Positions 13,701-23,900 of a DNA stretch of 64,000 nucleotides are shown here, in pieces. The stretch is from Ylistrum balloti (Eukaryota). The first letter of the stretch is position 1. Each line of letters starts with the position of its first letter. Below the pieces are notes generated by a model. The model worked only from the letters and a program-made list of their open reading frames with translations. It had not been told where the DNA came from and ran no database searches. The stretch covers positions 992,001-1,056,000 of the forward strand of contig NW_026781941.1 of assembly GCF_031769215.1 (NCBI RefSeq), written 5' to 3'. The translations under genes were made by a program, and so were the position numbers.

Positions 13701-16700
13701 GTTCTAATCTTAACTTGTTCTGTCCTAATCTTAACTTGTTCTGTCCTAATCTTAACTTGTTCTGTCCTAATCTTAACTTGTTCTGTCCTAATCTTAACTT
13801 GTTCTGTCCTAATCTTAACTTGTTCTGTCCTAATCTTAACTTGTACTGTCCTAATCTTAACTTGTTCTGTCCTAATCTTTACTACATATTAATATTAGTA
13901 TTACCCACTTGATTGTAAAACACAAAATGTATTTACCACAGTTACATTAATAATACATCATGACATCATGCATTTCACCCCAAGCCAAAATTATTACACC
14001 TGTTACCTTTAAACTTATAATCTATTAGTCTTTATTGATCTGAAGCAATACAGCTTATGGATTCTAATACATAAATATAAAACATGTATCGTATACAATA
14101 GAGAGAGACAGACAGACATTGTTTCTATAATTATAGTTACATACGAAAACTTAGAAAGTTTATTATAACAGACTAGATCGCAGTTTGAGAGCATGATACA
14201 AACACTTTCCCAAGTTACATAAGTCTTTTACATTAGGAGTTTTAAGTAAAACTACTCATTTGAAAATGGAGAGATTACTCCTATAGTATGATTTAATATA
14301 TTTACAACGCAAATTGTTAAAAAAAGGACATTTAAGTACAAAATGGAATTCATCCTCAATGTTGGAATTACAAAGTTTGCAAGTGCACTGTTCCAAAGGA
14401 ATATTTGTATACCTTTCTGTTTCTACATTTAAACAATGAGCAGACAAACGTATTTTGGTGATAAGTTTCTTATACTTAACAGGAATAGGCTTACACAGGT
14501 ACAGTTGTAGTGAGACTTTGTCAACCAAATGTTTATACAATACATATTTGGAGGACTAATTTAAATGACTCATCGTATCCTGTTGGGAGTTGATCAGACA
14601 TTCTTTGCTTAGCAACAGCTAAAAAAGATTTTATATTAACAGACTCCTGTTTTAACCACTGGTCATACATACCAAGAGAACATAACTCGTTCTTAACAAG
14701 TGACATCCATACATATAATCATAGCAATTACGTAATATACAGTTATCTGATTTCATGAGTTTATACCAATATTTAAATATTCTCAATTTACGTGAATAAG
14801 ATAAAGGGAACCTTCCAAGTTCATGATACACCATGGCATTAGCCGTTGATCGTTTAACTCCTAAAATGTTCTTACAAAAATCTGAATGTAGCTTTTCAAT
14901 ATCTGGTACGGTATGGAAGCCCCATATTTCGCATCCATAATTTGAGACACTACTGACATAAGTACCGTAAAAACCCATGTAATGTCCGCACTTTTTTCAC
15001 CGAAAATCAATCCAAAAAAGGGGGTGCGGACATTACAGAGATGTAGAGAAAATGACACTTTTTTCCTTCCGACAATTCATATCATATCTACTTGAATTGT
15101 GTTCTTAGAAGCCAAGCATACCTGATATTATCATTCTATGGTTTTTCCTATGATGTTTCCTCAACCAAACATGATTATTTATGATTATTTATTATAGTTT
15201 CCATGGTTAATTCCTTCCATTTTCTCATTACAGGTTCGTATTGTGTCGTCATTCCTAATAGGAAGCCATTTTGTTTGACTTTGTCACATGAATAAAGTTA
15301 GAGTTATTCCCCTTCCCCCATTGAAAAAGCATACCCATGAGCATATACAAAATAACACAACATTTTCATTCTACATTTTATTTACAAAATAACAATAAAT
15401 AACATGTACAAGAATATTACATAAAATAAATAATCAGACCTTTTATTGATTATGGATCGTTTATCAGAAAGTCTTAATATATTGCAGGCCGTTTTAATCG
15501 CGTTTCTCGAAACCCCAGAAGTCGTCGTCACTGTGGAAGAACTCCTCGGCGTTGAAGTTGTCTTCCTCTGTCTGGTCGTTGTAATAAATGGCGTTCTCGT
15601 CGTCTGATGGTGTGTCAGTAGGGTCAGTGGCGCCGTGGGTCATGGGCGGGTCATGTTACTGTATAGTTATCGTTAATTGGCTAATCACACGCTGTCACTC
15701 ACTCACACTCGAGGTGAGGAGACAACCCAAGCTGTTTATAACACTGCTGGGCTAACCCTTATCAAAACACCAATTATCGAAATGAGGACTTGCCATACTG
15801 GTAAGCTTACTGTACCATTATGGAGAATAACTGTTGTTATAAACAATTAAGTGAATTCTTGAATGGTACCTGTATGTTATACACAATGCGACATGCTCTC
15901 GGCCATTACGACATTAGCGTACGTGAAATGAAATCGGCAGCTTCAATTTGCATTTTTTACCCGCGGACATTACATGGAAGGTGGGTTTTTTCCCCCAGAT
16001 TTTTGTGTCAAAAAAGGGGTGCGGACATTACACAGATGCGGACATTACGTGGGTTTTTACGGTATAAAATAATGAACAATAGGTTGTATAGTTGAGTTGC
16101 ATCAAATTATGTAAGACACTTGATTTTATGTTGGTATATAAAGACTTAACATTAAAAATCTTACCACTAATGCCAAGTTTTGAAATTTTCAACCACAAAT
16201 GAGACCTGTTGACGCAATCAAAAGCTTTTTTTATAAAAGATTGAAATCTGCTTGATTATTACAGCTAGCTCTGGTTAAGTAAACATGATCAGACTATACC
16301 AAATGACTGGCAGTAAGCCAGGTGTGATGTAAGTGGATCAGGGATAAATGAACTATTAGTCATGAACCTCAATAACAAAAGTAATTTTTATATCTCTTGT
16401 TATTTAACAGTGATTAATACATATTGTTAAACATTACCTCAACCCAAGTACATTTTACTGAATTCAATTACACAGATTACCTTTAAACATGTTAGCAAAA
16501 ATAATACAATTGTTTCTGCGAACATGGCGGAAAATATAGGCAAGTTTGGTATAAATATTCTTATTCTTCAAACAGCGGTTTTACTAAGTAGTGTTGTCTT
16601 AAATGGTTCTACATAGAAAATCAACAATAAAACTTCTGAAATAGATAGATAATATGGGGTCTGTAATGGTCAGGTTAACAGAAATACAGAAACCCAAGTA

Positions 16701-17647
16701 TTTTTTTCCATGACCATGGGTTATGTTTGTTAGCTGGGTGTATCCCCCTATGAACAACGAGAGTCATTTTGAGGCAAGGATTTGAGTTTTTTTAAAGTAG
16801 CTGGAAGCTACCTCACTGAACAACATACTGAAGACCGATCACCTGCCATCCACAGCAGTAAGGGAAAGCAATCTTACAGAAGGAAAAAAACATGCCAGCA
16901 CAGACTGGTCTTTTCCCCAGCTTCCTGATCATAATCATGAGAAACATCAACCAAGAAGAATACTGAGCATCAAGCTACACACCTTGGATCTTCACAGAGG
17001 ATATGTAGCCCAACACAAGCACTCTGTTTGAGTGATTACAGCCCCACTGATCTAGTGGGGACAAGAAATTAAAATTTGAAAGTTGTACATTACTGCAAAT
17101 ATGTATACAGTAACCTCTTTTGGGATTCCTCCTTGGGACTCAATCAATCAAACATCAGATATAAATGAGTCCCAAGGTTGGATTCCCTTCAGAAATTAAT
17201 GTATACAGCAGTCAAAGTAATGCCATGAAGGTGTAATAGGAATTATAAATATATATTGACGTAAATATGATAAAAAAAAGAACCGATAAAAAATTAAATA
17301 ACAATATTTGAATTGTTTGACATGGTACAGTGCTCATGACCTCATGACATAGTCCAACTAGTTTATTTTTAGTAACAGGCATCAAAACAAACGAACGTGA
17401 CACAATTCTGACAGAAGATAAATTATTTCGATTACTTCTAGTTTGACAATCGAACTTGTGGCCATGTTTCAGAACATGCGAAGTGAAACAAGTGACGAAA
17501 TCATACATTATGAAGTTTAAACGTAAAGTGAAAATACTACACCAAGTAACATTTTTATCGGATTTTTACACCGTACCTCGATTTTCCAACTCCGCTCTCA
17601 CCAATTATCAAAATCTTCAATGTAGTTAAGACTTCGTGTTCGTCCAT
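10783..17647 (-). CDS. RAB18: Ras-related protein Rab-18, 7 exons, 206 aa
   Basis: Exons (minus): 17647-17577, 13582-13527, 13126-13065, 12846-12774, 12369-12251, 12022-11897, 10896-10783; total 621 nt; GT-AG introns. Motifs [24 protein letters not shown] (P-loop), [19 protein letters not shown] and the Rab18-type C-terminus CGGYCSVI. Confidence 0.97.
13704..13879. repeat. 21-bp minisatellite (TTAACTTGTTCTGTCCTAATC), about 8 copies, in Rab18 intron 1
   Basis: Near-perfect tandem copies; explains the spurious ORF (FCPNLNL)n at 13715-13912. Confidence 0.95.
14040..16260 (-). mobile_element. Degenerate non-LTR retrotransposon (LINE) ORF2 fragment in Rab18 intron 1, interrupted by a pogo MITE
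   Basis: Minus-strand peptides [24 protein letters not shown] (~16230-16160), NYGCEIWG...[22 protein letters not shown] and [14 protein letters not shown]...[16 protein letters not shown] (RT C-terminal CCHC-like region); stops, frameshifts and an internal deletion. Confidence 0.85.
14965..16062 (-). mobile_element. pogo/Tc1-mariner non-autonomous element (1098 bp) with TIRs and TA target-site duplication
   Basis: Left TA|CCGTAAAAACCCATGTAATGTCCGC, right GCGGACATTACGTGGGTTTTTACGG|TA (25-bp TIR, 1 mismatch); subterminal GCGGACATTAC repeats; internal 49-aa acidic remnant at 15643-15494 ending [12 protein letters not shown], like pogo transposase C-termini. Confidence 0.9.
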
Positions 17648-17903
17648 GCTTACTTATTTACGCAGCTGAGAGTAATTAGAATTACAGTATGTTTAAACTC
17701 TGATAAAAATATATGATGATTCAATGTATGAACCGAGAAAATGATATGGCGCAGTTTACCTCCATGTGCGTACACGTCATCAGAAATTGCGTTATCAGGG
17801 ACAAACTACCTTTTGTGTCGGCGAATCTCATTGGTCAATCAGTTGGTAGTTCCAGTAGAAGGCGGCTGTTTTGACAAGAGGAAAAGAACTTGTTTAATCT
17901 AAA
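17648..17903. promoter_or_regulatory. Bidirectional promoter between RAB18 and SPC25
   Basis: Only 256 bp between divergent ATGs; CpG-rich relative to the gene bodies; ATTGG (CCAAT) 17830-17834, YY1-like ATATGGCG 17744-17751, half-CRE ACGTCA 17774-17779. Confidence 0.75.
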
Positions 17904-20900
17904 ATGGTAAACGCCACAAACAACCATTTATATGATCAACTTTAATGTTTACAGTTTTATGCCAATATTTATGTTGGATATGAAATCAGAATGATGTTGG
18001 CCCATGTATTTTTAAAAGGTGAATGTGGTTGCTTCAGCAACCAACATGATACAGTTATGTCAAAGTTATTTTTACAGTCCGTGGTAGCATAAGGGACTTT
18101 TGCTAAGTGTTAGGGGATACGCGCATTATAACGTATCCACATATTCAGGGACGAATACGGAGGGACAAGAAGTTAGAGACCCGGTGATGATTTCTGTGGT
18201 GCTAGCTTTTGCATTTGTTAAATGAACCATGGAGCAGTCAAAATCCCCTCTTCTTACTGCTGTTATCTAATCATATCTACCTGTGCCTCCATGCTGCAGT
18301 TAATTAGTGTGGACGGGTGGTCCCCAATTCGCCCACTTATTATTAGACAAACAAAGACATGGCAAATCAATAGCAGTCAGATCTATACAGTGATACTTAT
18401 AACACATTTCACCAGAATTCATTTACCTGGTTTTTTTACCAATGTGATCTGTTTCCTGATATGCATCCTTGATATGTCAGGGGTTGTGATCACTTTCACT
18501 CTCTGCCACCCTGGAACATGTCATGGCAAAATTGAAGGCACAAGCGAAGTGATTTGATTGTGTCCAGGAGGAAAAAACTTCCCAATCACAGACTGATATG
18601 TTCATTTGAAGATTATAAAGGAGCAAAGGATTGCAATATACCGTTATGCAACCTTAAGATTCAGTTGATGTACATCAAAGGATCAACCTAGTCTTTTCAT
18701 CGTCCACAAGTTGTCAAACATGGAACTGTTGATTTTGCCGTGATACGTTCGAGGAGTGCAGAGAGTGAAAGTGATTGTAATTCCTGGAGTATAAAGGATA
18801 CCTGAAATGTTATAATAGATGCTGTGGATAGGGAGGTATAAAATAGGACAATATAAAATCATATAAAAAAAAAAAAGTTGGATATAAAATACATACAAGG
18901 ATATTATATTTTATATAATGGAGTAGAAATTCTTATAACACAACCGATAGATTAACTCTGACATGTGGCTCTGACCGGCCTGACTGGAGTCAATTTGTCA
19001 GCTAGTGAAAAGTTGATCTCAAAATTAAAACTAATAAATGAAAGTGATGAATCACAAAAGTTACACGAGTCAATTGGTAAATTACTCTGCTTTTTAATGC
19101 CATCTATTACAGAGGATTTTCTTCATGGAGATATAGGCAGTTTCTTATCCCTCCGTGTTGTGTATTTCTCTGACATATCTTAGTTACATAAGCCTACTCA
19201 GTGCTGCGTATGAATCATTGTCTGAATGATTATCATATTTTCCGCTTTTCTGTTGCATCTTCATTATCCTCATGATCAGCTCCCTATACTCTGTTGTCTG
19301 ATGTATGTAACAATTACATTATATGTATAACATATCGGAACAAGCATGCCTGGTGAAGAAATAGCAGTGTTTTATGATAGTCAATACACCTATGATGCAG
19401 CTCCCTTTATAACCTTGCATATCTAGCAGTGATCAATATATTGCTATAGACATTTTGTATATAGGATTGCTTGTATCTCGCACTTGAGTAACATATATGC
19501 ATCATTTATAACATACATACGCATGAAGCTATCTTGTGAGGAAATTTTGGTCAGTATAAATGACAGAACGTTTCAAGCATACCTGTATATGTTTGTCTGC
19601 AAGACTCTTGTCATTTATAATGCCCATAAATGCCATGGCACTCTCAATATAGCTTTATTTAAACTGAATCAACTAAAATTAGGGTTTTTTTTTTATTTTC
19701 GAGTGTGTCTAAACTGTCAAGGGGAATCGTCATTTTTACTGGAAATTGTCATGGTTACTCTGTCAACAATACTGCTTTCAGAGTAACCACACTATGAGTA
19801 TCACTTATGGTAGCTTAAAATATCATGATGTGGGTTTTGTTTTTGCATATGACTTACATATATATATTTCAGACAACAGTAAGTAATGCAGAGATTGAAA
19901 GCCTTCAGGAGGAATCAAGTAAACTCGAGGAACGGTTATCAAGCATACGTGATAAAATCATTACAAAATGGACTGGAGAGGAATATCAGAAGCTTGCTAC
20001 AGGTCTCCAGACCAAACATCGTCAGATGATGCAGGAAGGACAAGGTAATGTTGTAAATCATTATGTCTACAAATTTGTATCATGTTTTAACAGGGGTTTT
20101 AGGGGCCAGATATTCATCAGCCTCATTCCTTTGGTAACAGTTTTGTTTCTTTTTGACACAAAATTTCAGTTAAAACTGTAATATAATAAAGAAGAAAAAT
20201 GGGTTTGAATCAGATGACAAAGAAATTGATAAACATTTAGGTCAGGAAATTGTATTCATTAAATTGATCTTTGTGAAAAATGGTGAAATACAGTGTAAGA
20301 TGGTAAATTACAATCAGTTTTAGAAATTTGGAATGGTGGAAAGATATTTAAATCACCTGATCCGATGTTCAAAATCAGAGAATTCAAATTCCAGTCCTGG
20401 ATGTAATATCATTATTGTTAGATTTGCTCGCAGCATGTTCTACATGAATACAGAGATCTTGATGTCTGTTTTTGAAATTCATCACATGATTTCATTAAGA
20501 ATATATATCTTACTCTTTTTTCTTTTTTTCTAGAGGAAATCAAAAAGCATCAAGGCAATGTAAAGAGAATGGAACAGCTCAGTAAAAGTAATATGAAAGG
20601 TAGGTCAAAGTTCATATGGTTGTTATCTGGTATATAGTATTACAAAAGTTTATCACAATTACAGAAACTTACATTGTGACATGATGTAAATGCTAATAGG
20701 AAAATAATTTGATATAATTTACTAATTTTCAGTCTTACCTGATGCTGATGTCATAATTGATTGAAATCATTAAAAATGATTCATTAATAGTATTTTCTTG
20801 TGATTTAGCTTTAAAAAAAATCATTTTAGAATTTGCCCTTAAATTCTGAAGTAAAATCTAGGAAAGTAAGTAATTTTTGGTTAAAATAGAAAAGAATGAA

Positions 20901-23900
20901 ACTTACTGCAACAAAGAATGCATTCTCAGAATCACAATCAGTTGGTTTTTAAATACTGAACCTACATCAGAGGGTAAAACTTGATACATATGCATTATGA
21001 CATCACAATGTACCCCAGTAATCAAGTATGCCAACTGTGAAAACATCAAGGTGTTTACTCCTCTGTGACTGAGAAAACATCGGGTGTTTACTCCTCTTTA
21101 ACAGAGAAAACATCAAGGTGTTTACTCCTCTTTTACAGAGAAAACATCAGGGTGTTTACTCCTCTTTAACAGGGAAAACATCAGGGTGTTTATTCCTCTG
21201 TAGCTGAGAAAATATCAGGATGTTTACTCCTCTTTAACAGGGAAAACATCAGGGTGTTTACTCCTCTGTAACTGAGAAAAAACATCAGGATGTTTACTCC
21301 TCTGTAACTGAGAAAACATCAGGGTGTTTACTCAACTTTAACAGAGAAAACATCGGGTGTTTACTCAACTTTAACAGAGAAAACATCAAGGTGTTTACTC
21401 CTCTTTAACAGAGAAAACATCAAGGTGTTTACTCCTCTTTAACAGAGAAAACAGCGGGTGTTTACTCCTCTTTAACAGAGAAAACATCGGGTGTTTACTC
21501 CTCTTTAACAGAGAAAACACCAGGGTGTTTACTCCTCTTTAACAGGGAAAACATCAGGGTGTTTACTCCTCTGTAACTGAGAAAAAACATCAGGATGTTT
21601 ACTCCTCTGTAGCTGAGAAAACATCAGGGTGTTTACTCAACTTTAACAGAGAAAACATCGGGTGTTTACTCAACTTTAACAGAGAAAACATCAAGGTGTT
21701 TACTCCTCTTTAACAGAGAAAACATCAAGGTGTTTACTCCTCTTTAACAGAGAAAACAGCGGGTGTTTACTCCTCTTTAACAGAGAAAACATCGGGTGTT
21801 TACTCCTCTTTAACAGAGAAAACATCAGGGTGTTTACTCCTCTTTAACAGGGAAAACATCAGGGTGTTTACTCCTCTGTAACTGAGAAAAAACATCAGGA
21901 TGTTTACTCCTCTGTAACTGAGAAAACATCAGGGTGTTTACTCAACTTTAACAGAGAAAACATCGGGTGTTTACTCAACTTTAACAGAGAAAAATCAGAG
22001 AAAACATCAAGGTGTTTACTCCTCTTTAACAGAGAAAACATCAAGGTGTTTACTCCTCTTTAACAGAGAAAACATCAAGGGTGTTTACGGATGTTTACTC
22101 CTTTAACAGAGAAAACATCAGGGTGTTTATTCCTCTTTAACTGGGAAAACATCAGGATATTAACTCCCTCTGAGAAAATATAACAGAGAAAACATCGGGT
22201 GTTTACTCCTCTTTAACAGAGAAAACATCAGAAAACATCAAGGGTGTTTACTCCTCTTTAACTGAGAAAACATCGGGTGTTTACTCCTCTTTAACAGAGA
22301 AAACATCAGAGAAAACATCAGGGTGTTTACTCCTCTTTAACAGGGAAAACATCAGGGTGTTTACTCCTCTTTAACATCAGGATGAGAAAACATCAGGATG
22401 TTTAACTCAGGGTGTTTACTCTTAACAGAGAAAACATCGGGTGTTTACTCCTCTTTAACAGAGAAAACATCGGGTGTTTACTCCTCTTTAACAGAGAAAA
22501 CATCAAGGTGTTTACTCCTCTTTAACAGAGAAAAGATCAAGGTGTTTACTCGTCTTTAACAGAGAAAACATCGGATGTTTACTCCTCTTTAACAGAGAAA
22601 ACATCAGGATGTTTATTCCTCTTTAACTGGGAAAACATCAGGATATTAACTCCTCTGTAGCTGAGAAAATATCAGGGTGTTTACTCCTCTGTAGCTGAGA
22701 AAATATCAGGGTGTTTACTCCTCTGTAACTGAGAAAACATCAGGATATTTACTCCTCTGTAGCTGAGAAAATATCAGGGTGTTTACTCCTCTTTTACAGA
22801 GAAAACATCAAGGTGTTTACTCCTCTGTAACTGAGAAAACATCAGGGTGTTTACTCCTCTGTAACTGAGAAAACATCAGGATATTTACTCCTCTGTAGCT
22901 GAGAAAATATCAGGGTGTTTAGTCCTCTTTAATAGAGAAAACATCCAGGTGTTTAGTCCACTGTAACTGAGAAAACATAAAGGTGTTTACTCCTCATTAA
23001 CAGAGAAAACATAAAGGTGTTTACTCCTCATGAACAGAGAAAACATCAGGGTGTTTACTCCTCTGTAATTGAGAAAACATTGAAAGGTTTTCTCCCCTGG
23101 AACTGAGAAAACATGTGAATAATTATCCCTTGTAACAGAAAACATCATGAGGATGTTTAATTTTCTTTAATCGGGAAAACATGAGATTCACTCCTGTATC
23201 TGAGAAACCATCAGGATATTTACTTCTCTTATTTCATATATATCAGAACTACAGGAGCGTGTTGGGAAGCTGCAGGAGTTGAAGGCAAGCTTACAGAGAC
23301 TACAAGGAGAGACAGATAATATGCTACACCTGAAGGAGAATGGAATCACACAGCTAAACGAGGAGTCCAAGAAAATTCTAAAGGAGAAAGAGTGTAAGTG
23401 AAATAAAAAAGATCCTGTATCCAGTCATCTTAAGTCTTTACTTTTGAACTCTCTCTTTTCTAAAACAAATATCAAGGAGAGTTTTGTTTCATGCATTAAT
23501 TCAAATATCAATGTAGCCCACAATAAAGAGAAGCATTAGTATCTTTAGGGTATCGGTGTGTAAAAGGGAGCCCGGAACATTAGCAATTTCCAATCCCACA
23601 TGAAACGTCTCCCAGAAACCTGGCATATTTAAAGCAATATAGCAACATTGTGCATTGCAGCATATAAAAAACAGGAGGAAGTTTATGTATTGATTTGTAT
23701 TGTATTCAGCACATAGTGATATTGATGGTGAATTTTCATTTTAGTTTTGCCATGCGATGACATTCAGATCACACATTCTCAAAAAATAAAAACCCAAAAG
23801 TCTTGATTTTGCAGATATAACTATATTCCTGTTGTTTCCAGACTTATCCCTGCAGGGGAAGGTAACACAAGAAAAGCTGGTGGAGCTAGACAAGGCAGCC

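Noticed and set aside
13715-13912. ORF (FCPNLNL)n
   Set aside because: Translation of the 21-bp minisatellite. Its CTAAT branch-like motif is on the strand opposite Rab18, so it is not counted as splice-derived.
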